Below, one piece after another: positions 11,903-23,192 of a stretch of DNA of 64,000 nt. The stretch lies in assembly GCA_043228905.1 (NCBI GenBank), contig JBHGNT010000005.1:11594001-11658000 (forward strand). Direction: 5' to 3'. Position 1 is the first letter of the stretch, and each line of letters starts with the position of its first letter. Under the pieces are notes generated by a model, which did not search any database, had not been told where the DNA came from, and saw only the letters and a program-made list of their open reading frames with translations. Source of the DNA: Azolla caroliniana. Lineage: Eukaryota; Plantae; Polypodiophyta. Both the position numbers and the translations under genes were made by a program.

Positions 11903-13072
11903 TTAGTCGTTTAACTCTTCTTCTAATTGGCTAAGGACATCAAATTTGTTTGCGAGATTCGGACTATTAGTACTATTAGGACTATTATGACTATGAGGAT
12001 TATCAGAGATTCCTACTGAAATAGACTCGGGTTTAGTATAGTCAGAACTAACAATGACTTGGTTTACCTGCCTTCTTGGTCTATGGGGACAGTTTATCGC
12101 GATATGCCCTGGTCCACCGCAATAAAGGCATAATCGGTTTGTTCGGCGTCGTTGCTTTTCCTCCTCCGATAGCGGCCCACGACGACGTGTAGTGTCAATT
12201 TCCATTGGAGTTGGAGTACTTACTGGAGGCGCATTATGTGACTCCCTTTGAAAAGGTTTCGCTACCACTGAGGCATAGGTAGGCTCGGATCTTGCCCTCG
12301 GCATCTGAAATTGTCGTTCCGAACGTCGCTCGAAGAGGCGGTTGTCACATCTGACCGCTCGACTGATTGCTTCTGTTAATGATTTTGGCTCTTCAGGGAA
12401 AGTCAAGAGTAAATCCTTGACATCGTTGCGTAGACCATAGCGGAACTGCTCCATCAATGCTTGATCATCCCAGGGGATATCGGCGGCGAGTAGGCGGAAA
12501 TCTGCAGCATATGCGGAGGCTGGACGGTCACCTTGGCGTAATCGCCGGATTTTGTTGATTGCAGTCCTTATGCTGTCAGTATCTCCAAAACATGCTTTAA
12601 ACTCACTTATGAATTCTTCAAAATTATTTAGTACTGGAGATTCCTTTTCTAGTAGCGGAGCGAACCATGCTAATGCTGAGCCATTTAACAACGTGCCTAC
12701 TAAACCCACTCGTGATGCATCGGTGGGATATCGGGACGGATGCATTTGAATAACTAACCGTACCTGGTTAAGAAACCCTCTAAACTGCGATCGCGTTCCA
12801 TCGAACTTCGTGGGAAGGCCAATCTTGGGTTCTTTATGAATCCCTTGTGCTCCGTGCCCTTGTTGTTGCATTGCTACAATGGTTGCTTCGAGTTGTTGCA
12901 CGCGTAACGCAAGTTCCCCATGCTGTTGTTGCGTTTGCTGCTTTTCTAAGGAAATTTGCTGAAGATCCCCCAACAAGCGTTGATTTTCTTGTTCCAAAGC
13001 ATGAAACTTCTCTTTCAAGCATTGAAATTCGGAGAAAACGGATTGATACTCTTCAGCGCTAACGGTGGCCAT
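11903..13072 (-). CDS. gag: Gag (coiled-coil N-terminus, capsid, CCHC knuckle)
   Basis: PTKFDGTR, LRQG, PMEID and [14 protein letters not shown] motifs. 389 aa, open. Confidence 0.96.
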   Translation of the reverse strand: MATVSAEEYQSVFSEFQCLKEKFHALEQENQRLLGDLQQISLEKQQTQQQHGELALRVQQLEATIVAMQQQGHGAQGIHKEPKIGLPTKFDGTRSQFRGFLNQVRLVIQMHPSRYPTDASRVGLVGTLLNGSALAWFAPLLEKESPVLNNFEEFISEFKACFGDTDSIRTAINKIRRLRQGDRPASAYAADFRLLAADIPWDDQALMEQFRYGLRNDVKDLLLTFPEEPKSLTEAISRAVRCDNRLFERRSERQFQMPRARSEPTYASVVAKPFQRESHNAPPVSTPTPMEIDTTRRRGPLSEEEKQRRRTNRLCLYCGGPGHIAINCPHRPRRQVNQVIVSSDYTKPESISVGISDNPHSHNSPNSTNSPNLANKFDVLSQLEEELND

Positions 13073-13146
13073 GGGATGAAGGAAAAGGGAAATAAGAGAC
13101 TAGTAGGAAAGGAGGGAGACAGAAGGAAGAGGGAGACTAGTAGTGG

Positions 13147-13160
13147 AAATCGGTTCAAAC
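13147..13160 (-). promoter_or_regulatory. Non-tRNA primer-binding site (self-priming type)
   Basis: GTTTGAACCGATTT follows the 5' LTR and has no TGG start. Twelve nt are complementary to AAATCGGTTCAA, located about 33 nt after the LTR TATA. Confidence 0.8.
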
Positions 13161-13297
13161 TGTCAGGAACTCTATTAAGGCAGAGAAGGAATTAGTACTA
13201 AAAGAAGGATTAGTACTATTGTTGGGGAATAGTACTAAGACAGAGAAGGATTAGTACTATGAGAGGTGTCGAACTTTGAGAGAAGGAATGAGTGAAT

Positions 13298-13347
<50 letters not shown>

Positions 13348-13637
13348 TGATGCGAAAGATATATGTATTATATGACGGAAGATATACAACAGTAGTTAGA
13401 AGGCTTAAGACTGGCGTTGAACCGATTTGGTTCAAACTAATGCCTTGCGCCTCCTTTTATAGTGTCTTCAGGAATACTCCTGAAGTTTCTAGAATGTTCC
13501 AGAGAAATCTGGAATATACATCTATTTCCCAATAAAACCTAAATGAAAATAATATCCTTCAAATTACAATTCATAACCTAATGGTAAAGTCTCGACCCGT
13601 ATAACAAAAGGTTATGGGTTCGAGTCTAGTTATGACA

Positions 13638-16600
13638 CGAGGTCAGGATCCTTGTCTTGTCTTTTCTTGAAAAGCTTTGCTCTTTTTCCCGCAATGGGTA
13701 CGGCCAACCTTGATCCGTCTAGTTCCGCAAGGTGGTATGTGGCATTATCGTTGGCACTTGTCACCACATACGGCCCGAACCATCTTCTTGCGAACTTCCT
13801 TGTTGTACTATGTTGATTGTCAAGGGTGCTGTCGTAAACTAAAACCCAATCCCCTTCTTCAATCTTCTTGGGACGAAGTCGATGCGTGTTGTCGAAAAGA
13901 ACTTTGTTCTTTACTCGGGCTGCCTTCATCATCTTTCGCGCTTTTTCTAAATCTTCAGGTCTTCTTTCAAGTTGCCTTATCCGCGCTGCTAATAACTCTT
14001 CTCGGCTCATCTCGTTCCCCCACGGTATCGCTACCCATGAGGCGATCGTCCTTTCGATGGGCATAATCGGCTTTTGTCCATACATAAGCTCCGTCGGCAT
14101 ATACCCTGTCACCGAGCTATGTGTCGTTCTATCGGCCCACAAGGCATAGGGTAATAGTCGTGGCCAATTCCCGACTCGACCGTTGCATGCCCGTACGATG
14201 GCTTTAACGATAGGTCCATGCCCTCGCTCGATCTTCCCATTTGCTTCCGGATTGTAGGCAGTCGTGAGGGAGAGCTTCACGCCTAGTCTTTCGAAGAGCT
14301 CCGTCGCTTCGTGCGCGTCCAACTCCCCTCGGTCGGCCACTATCTTCCCTACACATCCATATCGGCAAACAACATCTTCAAGTAGAAATTTGCAAACGGC
14401 TGAAGTCGTCTTATTTGTCAAGGCTCGTCCTTCCACTTGATTTGTCAAGTCTTCCCTTGCGAGCGCTAAGTACTTCATTTGTCCCACTCCCATTGGCATC
14501 GAGACCAGATCCACCATCCATTTGAAATGAATGGTGAGTGGGTATGTCGGCTTTAACTCATCACGATGACGTATATTTGAATATACTTGGCAAGTTTCGC
14601 ATGTGGACACGAAATGGAGTACATCTTTGTACATGCTTGGCCACCAGTACTTCTCCTTCAACTTTTCGAACGTCGCCCATGTTCCTCTATGACCTGCCCA
14701 AGCACTCTCGTGGAATTCGGTCATTAGCGTCTCTTGCTCTTCTTTCTTTACCACCACTCGACGTGGTATTCCTGTCCTTCTTTTTGGATGTCGCCAAAGG
14801 AATCCTCCCTTCAAGAAGTATCGGTACGCTTTCTTTCGGATTCGTAGGGCCTCCTCCTTTGTCAACGAAGCATCTGTCGTCAATGTTCTTAGGAATCTAC
14901 CGATGAGTAACCATTCTCCTTCGTACTCGTTCTCGTTGAAGGCGTGGAGGGTTTGCGTGTCCTGGTCTTCCGCCGACAATCGAGCCATCTTGAAGAAGTC
15001 GAGGGCGACATCTTCATCTTCCGAAACCATGTTACTTCCATTTGAAAATCTTGCCCTCGACAGCATGTCAGCCATGGCGTTCTTCTTCCCTGCGATGTGA
15101 CGGATCTCTGGGTTTAAAGACTTGATGTAGGCGATCCACCTTAGCATAGCAAGATCTGGGGTTGCACATCCCGAGACCATTCAGAGAATTGGGAGACAAT
15201 CTGTCTCTATTATCACTTCTGACCCGATTAGGTAATCTTTGTCCGTCTTCACTGCCGACACAATACCCCAAAGTTCCCGCTTGACTTGGGCATATCTTTG
15301 TTGCCGTTCGCTGAGAACCTTTGCTCCGAACCGGACGGCATATCGCGCATTATCTTCACCTTCTTGATTGATGACCCACCCGATTCCGGTTGGGCTCGTA
15401 TCTACGGTCACATAAATTGGTTTCCCTTCGGCATAGTCGGCCTTCCTTAGTGCCGGAGCTTCAAGAAGCAGTTTCTTTAATCTTCGCATCGCCTCTGTGT
15501 GCTCGTCTCGCCATTCGAACTTTATTCTTTTCTTTAGTAGTCCATATAACGGTTCGGCGACATGAGCGTAGTGAGGAATCCATATATGATAAAACGCGCA
15601 CGCTCCAAGCAACCTTCGAACCTCCGTTTGGTTTTCGCATTCTTCTTTCATGTCTTGGATTGCGTTCACTTTGGATGGCGAGGGCTTCCGGCCGTATGCT
15701 CCATACAAGTGACCTACCACCAAGATCTCCGGTTGCCCGAATGCGGATTTTTCTCCCGAAAATGTCAAATTCGCATCTTCGAGCCTTTGAAGCACCTTCT
15801 CGCAATCTTTCATATGATCCGCAACGAACTTTCTACAACCTTCCTTATCTTTCGATTCATCTTTCTCCTCATCCGAACATCCTTTTATCGGAATATCATC
15901 CAAGAATGGCATCGTGATGTCCGGAATGCAATCCTTCAAGACTTTGTTCATGGCATTCACCATATGAGCCACCGAGTTCGTTGCGCCTTGGGGTAAGGTA
16001 CACATCCGCACAAGCCCGATCGGAGTCCTCATGGTTGTAATGACCTGACTGTCGATCGTCAACTGGAATTGGTCATATCCGGAGTAGAGATCGCCAATGG
16101 AGTAGATGGACCGGCCCGCAAACGCTTCGGCAAATTCGTCCACGCTCGGACCGATTCCGGCATTTCGAATTGTCACCTTGTTGACGGGTTGAAGATCTTG
16201 GATGAATCGCAATGATCCATTCTTCTTCGGCACCGTGAACCACCTATTGGAATAAGGAGCATTCGACGGTTCTAGAATTCCCATACTCACCTTCTCCTTT
16301 AAGAGCTCGATCAGCTTCGGAAGGTGTGCTCTCGGAACCGGTATCGGTTTCAAATTCCAACGCACATGAGGCACCGTGAAGATCACCATTGGCTCTATAA
16401 CCTTTGGGTCGGCGCATCCGATTTCTCGTGGGAAGAATGCGAAAGCCTTCCCATTTCTCTCAAGCATATCACGAAACATTCGCTCCTCTTCAGGGAGAAG
16501 GAAATCCTCCTTTCCAACTCGTAGCTTCCCCTTCGTCTCTTTGGTGAAGTCATGACCTATCTTCTTCGGATCTCTTAAGCTTGGATCGTTAGCGACTTCC

Positions 16601-16986
16601 TTCATCTTTTGCCAGCTATCTTTCGGTAGCGGAACCGCAACTGGCTTGATCTTCTTATCCACTGTTTTATATTTCGTGTTGATGTCAGCTTCATTTATCG
16701 AGATGCCACGACGGTATTCATCGATGATAGCGTACATGTTGACGGAGTTAACCGAAATCACACGTTGGTTGTGAAGATAGCTCAAGTCCACGACGTCCTC
16801 GATTTCGCCGATGGTGTCGTTAAATGAGGCTTCTTCCATAATATGAGTCACGAACTCTCCTTCTTCTATTATGTTCTCTTCTTTCAGCATCTTCTCGAAT
16901 TCTTGTATCCGGCGCTTGTGCTTCTTGTCGGGTAGTACTAGTTTACATGCGCCACTAGGTGTGACACATGTTGCTTCTCCTTGCAA
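13638..16986 (-). pseudogene. pol: Pol (RT-RNase H-integrase) of the Phygy-like element
   Basis: FLDD RT, VDTSPTGIG RNase H, DRG / NPEANGKIE integrase. In-frame stop at 15181-15183. The last ~20 codons resume at 7797-7863 beyond the nested insertion. Confidence 0.92.
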
Positions 16987-17135
16987 TCCACGCTCTCTTC
17001 TTTCTTGTGGGGTCTTGTGATTGCTCGGACTATTTGTGCCCCATGCTTCAATAGTCCGCTCTAAAAATCCGAGGATTCGCCTCCGAGACTATCTCGATTC
17101 CTTTCATGATTGGATCGCACCGTTAGGAATTGGAC

Positions 17136-19291
17136 CTATCTTTGGTTGTCAAGACTCTTTATTCGTGCGAAGGCTGCTCCATTATCGAACACTTTGGTCT
17201 CCATCCGAGATGATGTGATATAAGGTTGCCCTAGGATGACAGGATGCGACGCCGATTCTTGTACGAAGAAGTGTTGATCCATCTCCACATCCCCGATCGT
17301 AACTTTGACATTGGGACAAGCTCCGTACAAGTCCTCCGTAGACTTTGTTGCCGCGCGAATCTTCCATCCGTGGTTTGTATTGATTGGCCATCTTCCCTTT
17401 TTGTAGAAGTCGGTTGACATGAGGTTGATCTCCGAGCCGTGGTCGATCAAGGCTACGACAGTCTCTTTCTTCTCCCCGATCTTCACCGGCGTCTCCGTTG
17501 TCGCTCGTGCCCAATGAGGTCGAGTGTAGTGGCTGTCCACCATATCTTCATCGATTTCGTCTCTTGCCATCGTTATGGCATTCGTTTTTGCTTTCTGTGG
17601 CTTCTCTTCTTCCTCGTCCGATTGTTGTCTCTTTCTCTTTACAAGGTCCACGATCGTGTCATGGAACTCCTTCTTTGTAATGCCCTCGAGCATAATTAGA
17701 ATTAGACAGCAAGCAATTCCCTCAAGGACAAAGTTACGTGGCTATCAAGAACTCGTTCTTCGAGAATCTTCTTTAGGTCCGTCGTCTGCTCTATGTCCGA
17801 CCTTAGCTTATAGGTAGGTATGGTCCTTGTCCTCCGAGTGGGGTCTTCAACACCAACATTCACGGGCCGAACCGTTTCTTCAACTCGTATGCTCGGCTCC
17901 CCTTTTCGGCTTGATTCTCGTTCCTCCGTTTGTAAAGGTCGACTCATCTCCGCATCGTCCTTCTTTTTCGCGTTCCTTGTTTCATGTCTTTTTGATGGCC
18001 CTTGCTCTTCTATTCTCTTTCTCTTTTCTTCGACGAACACCTCGTGGTTATCGCACATCACCTCTGCAAGTATGGTGTTGTCGTCCACCGGATCCGACCA
18101 CCCGGTTATGCTTTGCACGCTTCGGTCCGCAAGCTCTACCTCGTTCGATGTGATTTTTCCCTTCTTCTCATATTCGAGAACGGAAGTCCAAAACTTTGCT
18201 CCCGCTCTAGCAGCTTCAGTCTTGTCTTTCCCGACTCTTATTCCGGCCGACGCAGCATAGTGCATCGCATCCACATGAGTCGCATCGGCATCCTCCATAG
18301 ATCTCTTCATTCCTCCTCTTCCGAAATTCACCCGTAGGGGTCTTCTCGTCTCGCTTGAGCAGATCATGTTGTCCTCTATGTATACGATATTTTGTCGAAT
18401 CGCCTCTCGAAGGCTCGCACAATCCCTTCTCATGTGGTCCATGCTATCGCACCACACGCATCTAAAGGGTTCTTTTCCTTTAGGGCCCCGACGATTCATG
18501 TTGGCTAGAGTGACCTTCTCGAACTTCTTCGCTAGCTCTTCAATGATGTCGTCATCAATCTTCTTTTCTTCCACGTTACTTTGTCTCAGCGGCTCAGCTA
18601 CTTTCGGCGGTCTTGCTTTCTCCGTGGTAGTCGGTCCCGTCAAGTCGGTGTCATCAACCCATTGGCGACGCTTGTCGAGCCTATTGCATGCCCGCTTCAC
18701 CGCGATCCAGTCCGCTACGAGCCCATTTGCTTGGGTATCATCTTCGAGAAGAGTCCCCAACTCCCGTCTATCCTTTATGTCCACGACCTTCAAGAAGTAC
18801 AAAGTCTTGTCCTCTTCAAGCAACACTTGGTCCGTATTGGGGAGACGACTAAACATCTGGTCGAATTCGTCGTACACCCTTGAGACGCTCATCTTCTTAT
18901 TCTTCTTCTCTATCCACTTCATCAGGGCATGTCGAGTCATCCTCGTTGAATCTTCAGTCACGAACTCCGCTAATATCGTTTTCTCGAACTCGGACCATGT
19001 TGTCTTTCCTTCTTGAAGCTCGATGACGCGTCTTTGGATGTTGTTGGCGACAACTCTCTTGAAGCTTGCGATTTGACGTGCCTCGGACACGTCCCTTTGA
19101 TTCATCTCCCTCTTATATGCATCAAGGAACTTCGTAACGTTCCTTCCATCGAATTGGCCCTTGAGCTCTACGACACGATCAACAGCCTTCTCCACGCTCG
19201 CGTCGTTGTCCCGAGATCTCATCATTTGCTCGACAATTAGCATCATCCTTTCGAGCTCTCCCGCTTGGTTGCTTGAGGACGCCATCTTCAA
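17136..19291 (-). pseudogene. gag: Gag-protease of the Phygy-like element
   Basis: FDGRNVTKFL, knuckle CVWCDSMDHMRRDC, protease ALIDHGSEIN...VILGQPY. The frame breaks near 17684-17709. Confidence 0.88.
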
Positions 19292-19327
19292 GTATTAATC
19301 TTGACTTGATCCTTCCTACCGCCTCTT

Positions 19328-19344
19328 TCATGTCGGGTTCACCA
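19328..19344 (-). promoter_or_regulatory. tRNA-Trp primer-binding site
   Basis: TGGTGAACCCGACATGA, complementary to the plant tRNA-Trp 3' end as I recall it (TCACGTCGGGTTCACCA), with 1 mismatch. Lies 8 nt from the LTR. Confidence 0.8.
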
Positions 19345-19352
19345 CTTTATTA

Positions 19353-20458
19353 TGTCGTGAAGATCCGTCACTACGCGCGGATCGTGAGGCGGAACCGCCG
19401 GGGTTCTGGACCAGAAGGATTTAGAGTCGTTTGGCGAGAAAGTACTTAAGAAAGATTGGGAAAGACAGAAGATGAGATTACACGATTGCTTTGATAACGA
19501 ATTTCTTCTTCTTAATTTTCATAAAAAAAAAACCGTGTTTTTCTCCTCCCCCTTCCCTCTTTTATAGATGCTCTCATGCATATGATGCATGTGAGGGTAC
19601 AAGACATGCATAAATCGCATGTTTGCCATTTAGCGCTTAAGTATTACATGTGGTGCATGCTAACCATGTCACTCATTTTAGCACTCATGGATGAGAATTT
19701 ACATGTAAAAGTACAATGATAGAAATATAATTTCAACTAAATATTATGGCTTAATGGTAAGCCATTTGACTCCTAACTTGGAGGTGCAAGGTTCGAATCC
19801 ATACTTGCCCTCCTTGTATATGTAAATATGTATATATTTTTTATATATTTATTTTATCTAGTGGTCGGTTCGCCGGATACCGACGCCGGATGCTGCCGCC
19901 GGATACCGGTGCCACCACCGGATACCGCCGCCGACGCCGGATGCCGACGCCGACGCCGGATACCGACGCCGGGTACCGGTGCCGACGCTGGATGCCGACG
20001 CCGGATACCAACGCCGGGTACCGGTGCCGTCGCCGGATACCGGTGCCGCATGCCGTCGGATCACCGGCTCCATCGCCGGTCCGGTTTTGGTTGGCCAAAA
20101 CCCTTTACGAATAGCTAGCCACCTCCACTGTAAGTTCAAGTTACCTTGAACTCTCTATGCTCCACACATAGACACAAAGATAATATCTTTTGCTCCTCCT
20201 TATATATGATGAGAGCCGTATTTGTCGTGCCTATGTGGGATATCTCACAATTTTCTCTTTTCTTTTCACAAACTTTATACCCTCATATCTTGACATTTAG
20301 TTGTCCATTTCTCGTGTAATAAAGTGCATTCGAAACCTCCATCATTTTGTACTTAGATATTAAAAATGTTATCTTCACAATTATTGTATTACATGAGTCA
20401 TACTCGATTTTGTACGTTTTATGGGATTTTCACACTATTGCCGAAAATCTTCACGACA
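19353..20458 (-). repeat. 5' LTR of the Phygy-like element
   Basis: Direct repeat of 6651-7724, adjacent to the PBS. Confidence 0.95.
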
Positions 20459-20506
20459 GCGGATAGTTTAACACTTCACTTTCCACCGTGAGCACGCCTT
20501 TAGCGT

Positions 20507-21427
20507 TGTCATGCCTATCGGCTCCGGATCGTTGCGTGAGTCGGGTGGGAACCACCGGGGTTTTGGACTAGGAGGAGGAAGAATTTGAGATAAAGCTTAG
20601 TAATGAATAAGTAGAAAGATAAGTAAGTTATGAATCTCGTGAATCCCACAAGTTTAGTGTATTTAATCAATATTTAGATAGTAAGAAACAATTTTGATCA
20701 CAAATTCATGAATCCCACGAATATATTATATTAATTGGTGTTTTAGGAAATATATCCAATTTCCAAATATTCCACACATCGTTATTACATTGTACTCCTT
20801 ATCCTTATATAGTGATGAGAGAGTCTTAACAATCCATGCTTTTTCTATAGATAGACTCTATGCTTTCTCTAACATGCTTTTTCTAACATGCTTTTTCTAA
20901 AGTGATCTTACTTTTTCTAACTTGATGCATTTTTATCGATTATGGTGTTCATGTACGCTACATGTGCATGTGTAGCTTTTTCTTTTATTGTGCGTTTTCT
21001 TCTAACTAAAGTTTATCCTAGCGTGAACTTCCCTTTCTATGTGGGACGTTTACTTTTTTTAACACTAATGATATGTTAGTGTAATGGTAAGGCTTTACAT
21101 TATAAACATGGAGGTGTAAGGTTTGAATCTTGCCCTATGCATGTAATATATATTTTTATACTTTCTTCTATTTACAAATATGTCTCTTCATCCGGTGAGA
21201 GACTCTCACCATTCTTCATCTGGTTCTCACCGGTTCTACTTCATTTGGTTCTTACCGGGTTTCCTTACCGGGTCCTCCTTGCCGGTTCCTTTTCGTTTGT
21301 TTCTCACCGACTCTCACCGGCCCTCTTCATCCGGCTCTTGTCGGGTCTCCTTACCGGGTACTCCATGTCCTATCCGGATAGACCAAAATTGCAATTTTTC
21401 ACGTAGTGTGCGAATTACACTACGACA
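20507..21427 (-). repeat. Gypsy-type LTR (family B) with an extra CCGG-rich block
   Basis: TGTCATG...TACGACA ends. Homologous to 2420-3274. tRNA-like cassette at 21077-21130. No clean TSD. Confidence 0.8.
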
Positions 21428-21446
21428 CCGCGTTGTGATTGTGTAG

Positions 21447-22300
21447 TTATGATCCGCTGCAGCTCATGAATGAGTTCCAATGTGGAAGTGGGCTGACGTC
21501 CACTGTAATTGTATTCATCGTTGACCCTTTTCCTTTATCGTGTCTTGGGCATTGAGTTGCGTAATGACATGGTTGTTGGCAAATAAAACAGTGCACGCTG
21601 GAGTCACTTTTTTCCACGGCTGGGATTGTGGTGGTCTCCATAGGTGTTGTCTGTTGTTCCTTGGTTCGCTAAAACCGCCTATTGTTGCGAGGCTTCTGCC
21701 CATACTCCCGACAGTTATCCTAGCGCCATTCATCCTTCGAGCTTTCCTCGTTATTGCGATGGTTCCGTGATTGGCAATTCCCTCCATACGTCCGTGGCCC
21801 CGCCTGTCCGCCGCGATTATTGGTGGGACGCCAGTTATCATGGCGGCGCCCTCCCCGCGGATTATAGCGATCGTTGCTCCAATACTCCTCTTCTTCCTGC
21901 TCCTCTTTGTCGGAATAAGGGCCGTTATTGCGATCGTGATGGTAAGGCCTTTCTGCATGCTCACTCCGATCCGTGTGATTGTATCGCTCCTCCCGTTGAC
22001 CTTGGTCGTTGTGGCGGGACTACCTTTGAGGCTCCATATGGTGAACTGTCGGTGTGGGCCTATTCAGCATGCTATATTCGCACTGGTCCATCATATGCTC
22101 TTGTGAATGATAGATGGGTTAGTTCGAACTCGGTGATTTTTGATGTGTGTGCTTCCGCTTCCAGAAGCTATTGCGACAGATGATTCGCGTTCCACATGTT
22201 GAGGAATGATCGAACGTGTCCCTCGGCGTCAATATCTCTACTGAAATGCGGGATGAGAAAGCCATTCTTGTCAATAGACTAACGTTTGAGGGGGTGCTGC
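21447..22300 (-). pseudogene. gag: Decayed Gypsy gag fragment
   Basis: Knuckle CFICQQPCHYATQC and R/N-rich low-complexity frames, heavily disrupted. Confidence 0.55.
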
Positions 22301-22508
22301 CGGCTCGATGTGGGGTTGTCTGAGAAGTGGCAGTTTCACTATATTGGTCTTGTGAAGCTAAGAGCTCTTGCCCAACGACACTGTGTTCGATTCAAAGGAG
22401 TCGGATCAACAGAAGGCCAAACGGACTAGAAGGCAGTGGAAATCAATGCCGACACGGAGAAACCGACGGGTCGAGAAGCGTCAAAGTCAAAGCAGCAAAG
22501 GAACTGAG

Positions 22509-23192
22509 TGACAAGAACTGCACGCTCCCTATGCGCAACGCTCGGCCACAACCGAGCTTACAATCATACACAAAAAATGGGAAATGAAAGCACAACACAA
22601 TGGAGAGAGGAGTACACAAGATGTTAGCGTGGAAAAACCCAAACTTGGGAAAAAACCACGACAACCCACAGACTGCAAACTATCACTATATCAGAATGTA
22701 CAATAGTGAGCTCACGGAGGCAACGACCTCGTGCTCACGATCTTCACCACAGGCGGCGGTTACAACAGAGGCAACGACCTCTTCCTCTCTCTCTCTGTCA
22801 CTCTATACACTGTTGCACGCTCTCAAGTCTTGCACCAACAAGAATGACAACAACACCACTAAAGTTTGCGCTAAGTCATATTTATACTAATATGACTTTT
22901 CAGTTATTTACAAATATAGCCACGATGGACTCTCAGAAACATATTTACAAATATGTCCCTTCATCCGGTGATCACTCTTCACCGGGCCTGCATCATCCGG
23001 CGCTTGCCGGGCACTCATCATCCGGTTCTCACCGGGTCATCTGTAGCCGGGTACTCCTCATCCGGTTCTCACCGGGTCATCCGTAGCCGGGTACTCTTCA
23101 TCCGGTTTCGGTCTCGGCCTATCGGCCTCGGCCAAGATTCTCATCAGCACTGTTCTTCTCACTTCCCATCCGGAGGGACCTGTTTCCTAACA
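22509..23192 (-). repeat. Copia solo LTR
   Basis: TSD CTGAG on both flanks. Homologous to the LTRs at 54057, 58709 and 44763 (TGTTAGG...GGTCCCTCCGGATGGG). Confidence 0.92.

Larger units (their letters stand above)
7864..13637 (-). mobile_element. Intact chromovirus (Tcn1-like Ty3/Gypsy)
   Basis: LTRs 7864-8326 and 13161-13637, TSD CGAGG on both flanks, PPT at 8327-8339, uninterrupted gag and pol with a C-terminal chromodomain. Confidence 0.97.
6651..20458 (-). mobile_element. Full-length non-chromovirus Ty3/Gypsy element (Phygy-like), decayed, with a chromovirus nested in it
   Basis: LTR pair 6651-7724 and 19353-20458 (TGTCGTGAAG...CTTCACGACA), GCGG on both flanks, Trp PBS at 19328-19344, PPT at 7725-7736, domain order gag-PR-RT-RH-INT. 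Confidence 0.95.

Noticed and set aside
18366-19016. Long antisense ORFs opposite gag/pol genes (also 57922-58542, 50655-51170)
   Set aside because: Shadow frames of coding sequence with no recognisable motifs.
20502-21432. Solo LTR with TSD
   Set aside because: The flanks (AGCGT / CCGCG) do not match, so a clean solo-LTR origin is not supported.
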